NCBI GenBank assembly: GCA_049967475.1
Contig: JBMFSQ010000032.1
Span: 1 to 35,471 of the forward strand
Reading direction: 5' to 3'
DNA length: 35,471 bases
From: Chthonomonadales bacterium
Lineage (GTDB): Bacteria; Armatimonadota; Chthonomonadetes; Chthonomonadales; CAJBBX01
Each line of letters begins with the position of its first letter. Position 1 is the first letter of the stretch. The position numbers were made by a program, and so were the translations under genes. Under the pieces are notes generated by a model. It saw only the letters and a program-made list of their open reading frames with translations, was not told the DNA's origin and ran no database searches. Below are positions 9,311-18,924 of the stretch, in pieces.

Positions 9311-10525
9311 ATGAAGATCACTGATATACGCGTGGCCGTCATCGGAGGGGCTCCCATGACGTGCCCCATCCTTCGCGTAGACACGGATGAAGGCATTTAC
9401 GGGCTGGGCGAAGTGCGCGACGGGGCATCCAAGAACTATGCCCTCATGCTCAAGAGCCGCCTCTTAGGTGAGAACCCACTGGACGTGGACCGCCTCTTCC
9501 GCAAGATCAAACAATTCGGGCATCACGGACGGCAGGGCGGCGGGGTGTCCGGTGTAGAGATGGCCCTTTGGGACATTGCCGGCAAGGCCTTCGGCGTCCC
9601 TGTGTACCAACTCCTGGGGGGCAAGTTCCGCGACCGCATCCGCATCTACGCCGACACGGAACAATCTCCCGATCCGCGCGTTACGGCGCAGCGCCTGAGC
9701 AAACGGATAGACCAGGGCTTCACGTTTCTCAAGATGGACCTGGGCATCGGCCTCCTGCGCGCCATACCTGGGACGCTGAGCGCTCCTGCCGCCGTGCCTC
9801 CCGATGAGCTCGCCCGCACCCAGCACATGTTCACGGGTATCGAGATCACACCCAAGGGCATCGAGATCCTGGCTGACCACCTAGCAAAGGTCCGCGAAGC
9901 CATCGGCATGGATATTCCCCTCGCTCTGGATCATTTCGGGCACATTGGGGTGAAGTCGTGCATCCGGCTGGCCAAGGCTCTGGAACCGTACAATCCTGCC
10001 TGGATGGAGGATCTGATCCCCTGGCAATATACGGAACTATGGAAGCGCATCACCGGCGCCGTTAATGTTCCCACGTGTACCGGAGAGGATATCTATCTCA
10101 AGGAAGGATTTGAACGTCTCTGCCGTGCCAATGCAGTGGATATCATCCACCCGGATCTTGCTACGGCTGGAGGCATTCTGGAGACAAAGAAGATCGGCGA
10201 TTTGGCCCAGGAATATGGAGTGGCCATGGCCATGCATTTTGCAGGAACGCCTATCTCTTGCATGGCCAACGTGCATTGCGCCGCCGCAACGGAAAATGTG
10301 TTGGCCTTGGAAAACCATTCTGTGGACATTCCATGGTGGAGCGATCTGGTGGATGGCATCCAGAAGCCCATCGTGGATCACGGCTTCATCCGCGTTCCCG
10401 ACGCCCCTGGGCTGGGCATTACGCTCAACGACGATGTGGCGCGCCAGCACCTCGCCGAACCAGGGTACTTCGAGCCGACCCCGGAGTGGAACGCAGAACG
10501 CTCGTGGGACCGTCTCTGGAGCTAA
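9311..10525 (+). CDS. Mandelate racemase/muconate lactonizing enzyme family protein (probable sugar-acid dehydratase)
   Basis: MKITDIR start with GAGGAGG RBS. TDEGIYGLGE, SGVEMALWDIAGKAFGVPVYQLLGGKFRDRIRIYAD. Metal ligands in ALDH, WMED and TGED. PDAPGLG. Confidence 0.92.
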   Translation: MKITDIRVAVIGGAPMTCPILRVDTDEGIYGLGEVRDGASKNYALMLKSRLLGENPLDVDRLFRKIKQFGHHGRQGGGVSGVEMALWDIAGKAFGVPVYQLLGGKFRDRIRIYADTEQSPDPRVTAQRLSKRIDQGFTFLKMDLGIGLLRAIPGTLSAPAAVPPDELARTQHMFTGIEITPKGIEILADHLAKVREAIGMDIPLALDHFGHIGVKSCIRLAKALEPYNPAWMEDLIPWQYTELWKRITGAVNVPTCTGEDIYLKEGFERLCRANAVDIIHPDLATAGGILETKKIGDLAQEYGVAMAMHFAGTPISCMANVHCAAATENVLALENHSVDIPWWSDLVDGIQKPIVDHGFIRVPDAPGLGITLNDDVARQHLAEPGYFEPTPEWNAERSWDRLWS

Positions 10526-10576
10526 CCCATTCCATAGCCGCCGGCCGCTTTGGTGAAGAACTCTTCCGGCCAAGGA

Positions 10577-13105
10577 CTATTGGGGATGCCTGCGGCGAGA
10601 GGATGCCCCATGGCGGATGGCTCCCTCAGGCATGACCGAGTAGAACACCAACAGGCTCGTGCCGGGCTTGGGCAGGGTCAGAACCAGTCCCGCGGCCAGC
10701 TCCCGTCCGGTCACCGCGCGGCCTGCGCGCTTTCCGCCCTCCGATACCGTCACCACCCAGTAGCGCCTGGATGGCTGCACCTGCCTGAGAGGAGCCACGA
10801 TGCCCGCCAGGGTGCACGCAGGCCGGCGGAAGGCAAACACTACGCCCTCGTCCAAGTCCGGCCGATGAAGCTGCCATGCTGCGAACTCTTCGGGCGCCAC
10901 ACCGGAACCCGCAATCGGGAAGAAGTCGCCGTACCAGTATTTGCGCAGGCTCTGCATTTCGCGGACGGCGCGCTTCCATGCCTTGGCGTCGTAATTCGCA
11001 TCCAGATAGGGCACCTCCAAGTTGGCCCCGGCAGTAATGCCGCTTCGGTATTCATAGGGAGTAGCGGACCATACGCCCACGGAGAAGAGGGGCAAGTAGC
11101 GCGCCAGGGCCATGGATTGCATCTGGTTCCATTCGGGGTGCCCGGGGGAGCACCCTGTGTCACTGCGCCACAGCGGTACCGAGCGCATCAGGGCCTCCAG
11201 ATCCAGTCTGCGCCCCCCGCTGGCGCAATTATCTATGTATACCCCTGGGCACTCACGGAGAATGGCGTCCCACATTGCATACAGTCCCTGCACGTATCGG
11301 ATCTCGGTAATGCCCTCTCGGTTCGGCTCATCGGCAGCGCGCCAGAAGGGGAGAGGATCTATGTTGAAGTCATTCCGGTAGATGTCTATACCGTACTCCT
11401 TGACGCGACGGATGAGCAGTTGTGTGAGCCACCGGCGTGCATTGTCGTCGTCCAATTTGAAAAGGCCGCCGGAGCTTCCCCCATGAACCCACTCGGGGTG
11501 CTCCTTGGCAATCTGGGATCCGGCCGCCACCCGTTCCGGCTCGAACCATACCACGAAGCGCATCCCATGCTGGTGGGCGGCATCGGCGATGGGCTTGAGG
11601 CCCCTTGGGAAGCGCTGGGGATCTGCGTACCAATTCCCCACACCATTAGGAAAGCCCCCTGGGAACCACGCCGCATCCAGCCACACCGTGTCCACACCGA
11701 GATCGGCAGCGGTGCGGACGTAACGCATTTGCCCCGCCTCCGTAGCCCAGCCAGGTGTGCTGTTGTAGCGATCGAAGCATTGCAAATCCAGCGGCAAAGA
11801 CAACGGTTTGCCCTGGAGGCGCGGAACGTAATGGGCGAAGAGCATCCGGCGAAAGCGCACATAGGCACTGGAGCGGTCGCCATGCCACGGCATGAGGAGG
11901 ATGCGGGGCGTTCGGATCGCCTCGCCCGGGTGAAGCACCGTTCTGAGCCGCTCCATGCCTGCGGTGACGCGCACAGGTCCGGCAGAGCTGCGCTCCAGAT
12001 CGGCTGCCCATTGCCCGGTCCATCCAATGCCCGTTATAACCCCGTCGCTTCCGTATTGCACATCCCAGAACGGAAAGGCCGAGGCAGATGAGGGACGCCC
12101 GCCGGTTGGGGCAAGGCGTATCGGTCTGCCCGCCTCCACCTCCACATCTCGCGGTTGGAAGGAATTGGCGCTGCAGCTATCGCCCGAAAGCTCGTGAAGC
12201 ATCACCGGGATGCGTTCAAAGCCCGTGTCCAGCCGCAGATCCAGCACATGAACGTCCGATAGGAGCGGCGTGTCTGCAGAACCGGCGTTGCGAAAGGTGA
12301 GCACCCAATCCACGCCGGAATCGCTGGTGAAGGTCCGAACGTGGGCTGTTACCTCCAAACCGCTCTCCGGATCCTTCCATTGCACCTCCATCTCCTCGCC
12401 GCCGGCTGTACCGCGTACGTTGCGGGATTGGGCCCACCCGTGTAGAAACTCGCGGCTGCTCCTGCCCCCATATGTGAAGGAGAAGGGCGGCCCCTCATCC
12501 AGGAAGGGCAGTCTGAGCTGGTGATCGTCCAGGTAACGAAGAGCGCCGTTCTGCATGACGAAGGCGGCGTCGGCCCAGTCCGCCTGGTCGAAGGATTCGC
12601 CGTCGCCGCCATCCGTCACCACCAAACGGATCTGCGGCACCCTGGCTGGCACCGGCACATCTACAGGGTAGGGAGGTGCACCTCCGCGTAGGAGGGGACT
12701 GCGGAAGAGTTCCCGGTCGCCGGCCAGGACCACAAAGACGACGCTGCCGCGCACTCCACCGGTGTCGTAGTTGTTATCTACGCCTACATGAGCGCGGAAG
12801 CGCCTGGCGCCGGCGGGCACGTCCACAAGCAGATCGCTGACGGCGTGAGTCCCGAGCCCATGCGTGAACGATTGCGAACCGACGCGGAGCGGCGTCTCGA
12901 TGCATGACCGCCCGAAGTGAAGGGTGCTGTGATCTTGCCGGAGAACCCGGATGCGGATGCGGGCATTCGGCAACATCCAATCGCCGAAGGCTTCCCTAGC
13001 CCAGGAGCGCACCTGCCGCACATACGCAACGGGTGCCGACAGGGCGTCCCTAGGCATTTGTGCAGGAACATCCACGGTTTGCATCAGCGTTTTCCATTCC
13101 CGCAA
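10577..13105 (-). CDS. GH36-like alpha-galactosidase-family protein with N-terminal NPCBM domain
   Basis: NPCBM motifs HGLGTHAVS, FRAHVGVD, GSVVFVV, DQADWADA. Catalytic domain WLDAAWF, WFEPERV, IDIYRNDFN, CASGGRRLD, WRSD. Start is TTG 13105 or ATG 13084. Confidence 0.85.
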   Translation of the reverse strand: MREWKTLMQTVDVPAQMPRDALSAPVAYVRQVRSWAREAFGDWMLPNARIRIRVLRQDHSTLHFGRSCIETPLRVGSQSFTHGLGTHAVSDLLVDVPAGARRFRAHVGVDNNYDTGGVRGSVVFVVLAGDRELFRSPLLRGGAPPYPVDVPVPARVPQIRLVVTDGGDGESFDQADWADAAFVMQNGALRYLDDHQLRLPFLDEGPPFSFTYGGRSSREFLHGWAQSRNVRGTAGGEEMEVQWKDPESGLEVTAHVRTFTSDSGVDWVLTFRNAGSADTPLLSDVHVLDLRLDTGFERIPVMLHELSGDSCSANSFQPRDVEVEAGRPIRLAPTGGRPSSASAFPFWDVQYGSDGVITGIGWTGQWAADLERSSAGPVRVTAGMERLRTVLHPGEAIRTPRILLMPWHGDRSSAYVRFRRMLFAHYVPRLQGKPLSLPLDLQCFDRYNSTPGWATEAGQMRYVRTAADLGVDTVWLDAAWFPGGFPNGVGNWYADPQRFPRGLKPIADAAHQHGMRFVVWFEPERVAAGSQIAKEHPEWVHGGSSGGLFKLDDDNARRWLTQLLIRRVKEYGIDIYRNDFNIDPLPFWRAADEPNREGITEIRYVQGLYAMWDAILRECPGVYIDNCASGGRRLDLEALMRSVPLWRSDTGCSPGHPEWNQMQSMALARYLPLFSVGVWSATPYEYRSGITAGANLEVPYLDANYDAKAWKRAVREMQSLRKYWYGDFFPIAGSGVAPEEFAAWQLHRPDLDEGVVFAFRRPACTLAGIVAPLRQVQPSRRYWVVTVSEGGKRAGRAVTGRELAAGLVLTLPKPGTSLLVFYSVMPEGAIRHGASSRRRHPQ

Positions 13106-13969
13106 TTAGTGGGGTGCGGCGCCTCCCAAACCCATTCCGGGCATGCCCATACCAGGTCCCATGCCTTTGCCCGGCATAGCGGGCATGGGGAGCTCCTTCG
13201 TCCCGGGCGGAGGAGTGAACTTGAAGACGCTTTCAGGGATTGGGACGTTGAACTTTTCGCTTACTACCCGCCCAACGGTGGTAATTACCATGGGAGCATG
13301 GCCGGCAGCGGAAGGTGGAGCTCCCGGCGGTGCCGGCGTGCCCTTGATGGTCATTACCTGCCTCATCCCGCGCATGCGGTGGGTGGCTTTGTCGAAGTAC
13401 AGCACCATCTTCATCGTCATGCCCATCTGTTTGGTCTGGGGCATCTCCGGGGGGGTTACCTGGATTGCATCGCACGCCTTCCCGTCAAACTTCGTCGTTC
13501 CCAGGTACTTGAACATGGCGTGCTGCAAATTGGAGAGGTTCACGGGCCCGCCCATCATGGACTTGACGGCTTCCGGAGACAGCGTCTGTTTGTAATATCC
13601 GTGCAGCATCGGCAGGTACATGTACATCGTGTTCCCGTCCATCACCATGACGGATTGGCTCATGGCTGCTCCCATGGCCATCATTCCGGTGCTCCCCTTG
13701 TCCGGCAAGACGCGCATGAAAGCCTTGTGTCGGCGGGGCAGCATCTTCATTTCCATCTTGGTCTTCATGGCGCCCATCGAGCCCATGGAGCTGGTGATGA
13801 GCCAGGTGCTCTCATAGCTCTTGGCGGCCGCGACTGCCTTGCCTGAAGCCGCCAGCAATTCCAGGACTTGGTCCTGTGTTTTCTGGCCGGAGGGGTTTTT
13901 GCCTGCGCCGGCGCAGCGGCTTGCGCCTATCGCGAGCGCAACACTAACGACCACCCATAAGCGATGCAT
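13106..13969 (-). CDS. Secreted Met-rich LolA/DUF2092-like (lipoprotein-carrier fold) protein
   Basis: ATG 13969 after AAGGGAGG and a signal peptide. VMDGNTMYMYLP...YYK, LGTTKFDGKACDAI, LYFDKATH, FNVPIPESVFKFTPPPG. Confidence 0.7.
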   Translation of the reverse strand: MHRLWVVVSVALAIGASRCAGAGKNPSGQKTQDQVLELLAASGKAVAAAKSYESTWLITSSMGSMGAMKTKMEMKMLPRRHKAFMRVLPDKGSTGMMAMGAAMSQSVMVMDGNTMYMYLPMLHGYYKQTLSPEAVKSMMGGPVNLSNLQHAMFKYLGTTKFDGKACDAIQVTPPEMPQTKQMGMTMKMVLYFDKATHRMRGMRQVMTIKGTPAPPGAPPSAAGHAPMVITTVGRVVSEKFNVPIPESVFKFTPPPGTKELPMPAMPGKGMGPGMGMPGMGLGGAAPH

Positions 13970-14176
13970 CTGTGCCTCCCTTCTTGGGTTGCAGGGCGCA
14001 TGCCGATGTACCCGCATTGGCAGCCTCTCAAAGCATTCGTGAAGACCGCTTCGACACTCCAGCCAAAATGAGGGAGGAGCCGGCGGCGCCCAGGACGAAT
14101 GACCTATTGGTAACGAACCGTTGTGTACTTCCGCACCTGCGGCACCATCTCCTGCCGCAAAGGAGATGAAGGAGTC

Positions 14177-17100
14177 ATGATGCGCTGCGCGATCCGTGTG
14201 TCCTTGTGTCTGATGCTGTTGTTGGGTTTGGAATTGAGCTGCCGGGCTTCAGCATCGGCATCGGGAGATCTTGCCAAGAACTTCGCCTCCCCACCGGCTT
14301 GGGCCCGCCCTTGGGTCTATTGGTTCTGGCTCAACGGAAACATCACGCGGGAAGGCATTCGCCTGGACCTCGAGGCGATGAAGCGTGCAGGCGTCGGCGG
14401 TGTGCTCATCATGGAGGTGGATCAGGGAGCTCCGCTTGGCCCCGTGGATTTCGCCGGGCCGCATTGGCGCGATCTGTTTCGGTACGTAATCCAAGAGGCT
14501 CATCGGTTAGGCCTCCAGGTGAATATGAACGATGATGCCGGATGGAACGGCAGCGGCGGGCCGTGGATCACCCCGGATCGCGCCATGGAGAAGGTGGTGT
14601 GGTCCGAAACCTCCGTAGAAGGTCCCTCCTCCTTCGACGCACCTCTGCCTCAGCCGCCCACTGTCCACAGCTTCTACCGAGATATTTCCGTGATGGCCTT
14701 CCCTACGCCGGCCCCGTTCCGCATCCCTGACTTGGAAGGCAAGTCGGGCCTCGTGCGCAGGGACATCCCGCCTCAAGCCCGCTTCGACGAACCGCCGGCA
14801 GGCGCCGTAATCGCGGAAGGCCAGGTGCGGGACCTCACACCGCAGATGGAGGGGGGCCGATTGCGCTGGCAGGTGCCGCCTGGGCATTGGACAATCCTGC
14901 GCATGGGCGCTACGCTTACAGGAGCCGTGAACGCCCCAGCTCCCGCATCGGGAAGAGGTTTGGAGTGCGACAAATTGAGCCCCGAAGGGTCCGAAGCAGC
15001 CTTCAACGGCTTCATGGCCAAATTAATTGCCGATAACTCCCCCTACGTGGGATCCACGCTCGTGCGGACCCACATCGACTCGTGGGAGAACGGTTCCCAA
15101 AACTGGACGCCGCGCTTCGCAGAAGAGTTTCGCCGCCTTAGGGGGTACGATCTGCACCCTTACCTGCCTGTGTTCGCCGGGCACGTTGTGGGAAGCCGCG
15201 AAGTGTCCGAAAGGTTCCTCTGGGATGTTCGGCAGACCATCTCGGACTTGCTGGTTGAACACTACGCCGGACACATGGCGCAACTCGCGAAGCGTCATGG
15301 CATCCGCCTCTCCATCGAAGCGTACGGGGATTGTGTCTTTGACGACATGACGTATGCCGGGCGCGCCGACGAACCTATGGCCGAGTTCTGGTCGTGGCCG
15401 GGCAATTTCACATCGGGCATCGTGAGCGAGATGGCGTCGGCTGCCCACATCTATGGCAAGCCCATCCTGGGCGCGGAAGCCTTTACTGCCGGAGACGGTG
15501 AGAAGTGGCTTTACCATCCCGCATCCGTTAAGCCCCTGGGTGATTGGGCCTTCTGCCGGGGTGTCAACCGCTTTGTGATACACCGCTACGCCCTGCAGCC
15601 CTGGCGCGACCGGCGGCCCGGCATGTCCATGGGGCCATGGGGTCTCCATTACGAACGCACGCAAACATGGTGGGAGCAATCTCTGCCATGGCATCGGTAT
15701 CTGGCGCGATGTCAATATCTGCTGCAGCAGGGCTTGCCTGTGGCGGATTTGCTCTACCTCGAGCCGGAAGGCGCCCCGCGATCCTTCAGCCCGCCCACGC
15801 CTACCACGCCGGGAGGCTATCGCGCCGATGCATGCACACCCGAGGCGCTCTTTACCCGGGTGCGGGTGGTGCAAGCTCCCGGCGGAGGGCGCGTCTTGGC
15901 CTTGCCCAACGGCGTGACCTACCAGGCTTTGGTCCTTCCGTCTACACCCGTCATGACCCCGCGGCTGTTGCGGCGCATCGGAGAGCTGGCGAAGGCTGGG
16001 GCGTTGATCGTGGCGGGACCTCCGCCTACGGCTTCGCCGAGCCTTTCCGGATACCCCGGCTGCGACAGCGAAGTGCGCAGTCTTGCCCAAGCGATATGGT
16101 CCTCCGGCCGCATCGTTACCGGTAGAACGCCGGACCAGGTATTGGCCAAACGAGGCATCGTGCCCGATTTCAGATCGAACCGGCTATTGGACTATATCCA
16201 CAAACGCATCGGTTCCACCGACGTGTACTTCGTGGCGAACGAGAGCAAGCACGCAGTGAACGCCGTCTGCTTCTTCCGGGTTACGGCCGGCATACCCGAA
16301 CTGTGGGATGCTGAGACGGGCAGCACAGAAATCGCCCCAGTTTACCGCCATACTCAATCCGGCACGCGCGTGGATCTCCGGTTGGAGGCGGGAGGTTCGG
16401 TGTTCGTGGTGTTTCGCGCGCATCGGGCACGTCCGGCAGCCATAACCCGCATCCTATGGAACGGGAAGGACCTTAGCTCGGTGCATGCGCACGCCCCGCA
16501 GATCGAAATCCTTCGTGCACTTTGGGGTCCCGCCGGAGATGCTGCCCGCACGAAGGATGTAACGGATCAGGTTCGCAGGATGCTTCAGCAGGGGAGGGAT
16601 GCTTTTCAGGTAGCTGAACTCGCGGCAGAAGGAGACCCAGCGGTCAACGTGGTGAAGACACTACGTGTAGACTATCGAGTGGCATCCAAGGAACGTCACG
16701 TGGAGGCAACCGACCCCGAGACCATCACCTTTGAGCATCCTTCCGATGCGGCTCCGCCTCTGGAACTGTGCCGCACATCCACCGGCGCCATCATGGCCTG
16801 CATCCAAGCCCCCGGAAAGTACACATTGGTAGAAGCATCCGGCCGGAGGATTGGCTTCATTGTGCCCGCCGTGCCGCGCCCCATCCCCATCGAGGGTCCT
16901 TGGCTGGTGCGCTTCCCGCCAGGGTGGGGTGCCCCGCCAAAGATCGTCCTGGATCGGCTCATGTCGTGGTCTGAGCATCCCGTGGCGGGTGTGCGCTATT
17001 TCTCGGGAACAGCCGCATACTTCAAGACCTTTACGATCCCCGAGAAGCTGCTCGTTCGCGGTCGCCGCCTCATCCTGGACCTGGGGGACGTAGAAGTCAT

Positions 17101-17461
17101 CGCCCAAGTAAGGCTCAACGGACATGATCTGCCCATTCTCTGGAAGCCGCCCTTCCACGCCGATATCACGAGGTACGTGCGCCCAGGCATCAACCGTTTG
17201 GAGATCGCCGTAACGAACCTGTGGCCAAACCGCATGATCGGCGATGAGGAACTTCCTGAGGACAGCGCCAGGAACCCCAACGGCACCCTCAAGTACTGGC
17301 CTGACTGGCTCCTGGCAGGCAAGCCGAGCCCCACCGGCCGCTTTACCTTCACTACATGGCGGCTATGGCATAAAGGTTCGCCCCTCGTGCCTTCCGGACT
17401 GCTGGGGCCCGTAACGATCCGCATCCAGCCGGTGCGGGAATTAGGCAGGACACCGCGGTGA
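14177..17461 (+). CDS. GH106 alpha-L-rhamnosidase
   Basis: AAGGAG RBS and signal peptide. FASPP..ARPWVYWFWLNGNITREGIRLDLEAMK, GWNGSGGPWITP, DSWENGSQNWT, PMAEFW, AEAFTA, VTNLWPNRMIGD, SGLLGPV. Confidence 0.9.
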   Translation: MMRCAIRVSLCLMLLLGLELSCRASASASGDLAKNFASPPAWARPWVYWFWLNGNITREGIRLDLEAMKRAGVGGVLIMEVDQGAPLGPVDFAGPHWRDLFRYVIQEAHRLGLQVNMNDDAGWNGSGGPWITPDRAMEKVVWSETSVEGPSSFDAPLPQPPTVHSFYRDISVMAFPTPAPFRIPDLEGKSGLVRRDIPPQARFDEPPAGAVIAEGQVRDLTPQMEGGRLRWQVPPGHWTILRMGATLTGAVNAPAPASGRGLECDKLSPEGSEAAFNGFMAKLIADNSPYVGSTLVRTHIDSWENGSQNWTPRFAEEFRRLRGYDLHPYLPVFAGHVVGSREVSERFLWDVRQTISDLLVEHYAGHMAQLAKRHGIRLSIEAYGDCVFDDMTYAGRADEPMAEFWSWPGNFTSGIVSEMASAAHIYGKPILGAEAFTAGDGEKWLYHPASVKPLGDWAFCRGVNRFVIHRYALQPWRDRRPGMSMGPWGLHYERTQTWWEQSLPWHRYLARCQYLLQQGLPVADLLYLEPEGAPRSFSPPTPTTPGGYRADACTPEALFTRVRVVQAPGGGRVLALPNGVTYQALVLPSTPVMTPRLLRRIGELAKAGALIVAGPPPTASPSLSGYPGCDSEVRSLAQAIWSSGRIVTGRTPDQVLAKRGIVPDFRSNRLLDYIHKRIGSTDVYFVANESKHAVNAVCFFRVTAGIPELWDAETGSTEIAPVYRHTQSGTRVDLRLEAGGSVFVVFRAHRARPAAITRILWNGKDLSSVHAHAPQIEILRALWGPAGDAARTKDVTDQVRRMLQQGRDAFQVAELAAEGDPAVNVVKTLRVDYRVASKERHVEATDPETITFEHPSDAAPPLELCRTSTGAIMACIQAPGKYTLVEASGRRIGFIVPAVPRPIPIEGPWLVRFPPGWGAPPKIVLDRLMSWSEHPVAGVRYFSGTAAYFKTFTIPEKLLVRGRRLILDLGDVEVIAQVRLNGHDLPILWKPPFHADITRYVRPGINRLEIAVTNLWPNRMIGDEELPEDSARNPNGTLKYWPDWLLAGKPSPTGRFTFTTWRLWHKGSPLVPSGLLGPVTIRIQPVRELGRTPR

Positions 17462-18909
17462 GCACACTGCATGAAGCTTCGGCCGCTTATTCGGATGTGG
17501 CAGTAGGGCTCTTCGGAATTGGGCTAGACACGTATTGGCCACAGTTTCCAGGGCTGCGACAGCGGCTGGAGGGATACCAGGCCCGCATACGCCACAAGCT
17601 GGCACAGCATGGCGTGCACGTCGTGGATGCCGGCCTGATAGACACTCCAGACAAGGCCAGGGAAGCCGCGGGGCTGTTCCGGCGCGAAGGTGTGGAGATG
17701 CTGTTCCTTTATGTGTCCACGTACGCCCTCAGTTCCACCGTTCTTCCTGTGGTGCAGCAGGTAAAGGTACCTGTTGTGGTGCTGAACCTTCAACCTGTGG
17801 CAGCCATAGACTATAGAGCCTTCAACTCCCTGGGAGACCGCGGATTGATGACCGGCGAATGGCTGGCTCATTGCCAAGCCTGCGCCGCACCCGAGATCGC
17901 CTCAGTCTTTCTGCGCTCGTCCATCCCTTACCATCTGGTGACGGGAACTTTGGACGACACGGAGGCGTGGCAGACGCTGGCCGAGTGGGTGGCTGCCGCC
18001 AGGGTAGCAGCGAAGATGCGCAGAAATCGCGTAGGGGTGCTGGGCCACTACTACGGCGGGATGCTGGACGTGTACAGCGATATGACGCAACACTCCGCCG
18101 CATTCGGATGCCACTTCGAGATCCTCGAAATGTGCGAACTGCGGGAGTACCGCGACGCCGTGACACGCGAGGAGATCAACCGAAAGATCCGGCAATTTCA
18201 GGCCGAATTCGATGTGTCGCCGGAATGCTCCCAAGCCGAACTCGAGCGCGCCGCCCGGACGTCGTGCGCCCTGGATCGTTTGGTGGAGGTGCACAGGTTG
18301 GGATCCATGGCCTACTATTACGAGGGCCGTCCCGGCAACGAATATGAAGACATTGTGACCTCCATCATCCCTGGCAACTCGCTCCTCACGGCCCACGGAG
18401 TGCCCGTCGCCGGCGAGTACGAGATCAAGAATGTGCAGGCCATGAAAATCCTAGACCTGTTGGGCGCCGGAGGCTCCTTCTCCGAATTCTACGCCATGGA
18501 CTTCGAGGATGACGTCGTACTCCTTGGGCACGACGGCCCCGGCCACATCGCCATCGCAGACGGGCGTGTGAAGCTGGTGCCTCTTCCCGTATACCACGGC
18601 AAGCCCGGCAAAGGCCTCTCCATCGAGATGCGCGTGAAGCACGGCCCGGTGACCCTGCTTTCGGTAGCGCAGGATGCCAAGGGCCGCCTGCGGCTCGTGG
18701 CAGCCCAGGGAGAAGCTGTTCCCGGACCGATCCTGCACATCGGCAATACCAACAGCCGGTACCGGTTCCCCACGGGCGCTCGCGCATTTGTAGATGCATG
18801 GTCACAGGCTGGTCCTGCCCACCATTGCGCCATCGGCGTGGGCTGCTGGTGCGGCGTACTCGAAAAGCTGGCTGCTGTCTGGAACATGGATTTCGTGCGT
18901 GTGTGCTGA
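17458..18909 (+). CDS. L-fucose/L-arabinose isomerase family protein (substrate unknown)
   Basis: GTGA overlap with GH106. GLFGIGLDTYWPQF, PVAGEYE, GGSFSEFY, LGHDGPGH, YHGKPGKGLS, GPVTLLS, GNTNSRYRF, GPAHHCAIG. Confidence 0.85.
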   Translation: MSTLHEASAAYSDVAVGLFGIGLDTYWPQFPGLRQRLEGYQARIRHKLAQHGVHVVDAGLIDTPDKAREAAGLFRREGVEMLFLYVSTYALSSTVLPVVQQVKVPVVVLNLQPVAAIDYRAFNSLGDRGLMTGEWLAHCQACAAPEIASVFLRSSIPYHLVTGTLDDTEAWQTLAEWVAAARVAAKMRRNRVGVLGHYYGGMLDVYSDMTQHSAAFGCHFEILEMCELREYRDAVTREEINRKIRQFQAEFDVSPECSQAELERAARTSCALDRLVEVHRLGSMAYYYEGRPGNEYEDIVTSIIPGNSLLTAHGVPVAGEYEIKNVQAMKILDLLGAGGSFSEFYAMDFEDDVVLLGHDGPGHIAIADGRVKLVPLPVYHGKPGKGLSIEMRVKHGPVTLLSVAQDAKGRLRLVAAQGEAVPGPILHIGNTNSRYRFPTGARAFVDAWSQAGPAHHCAIGVGCWCGVLEKLAAVWNMDFVRVC

Positions 18910-18924
18910 GGAGGCGCATCGCTT

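Noticed and set aside
10550..12091. 513-aa + strand ORF
   Set aside because: Antisense to the GH36-like gene; no motifs.
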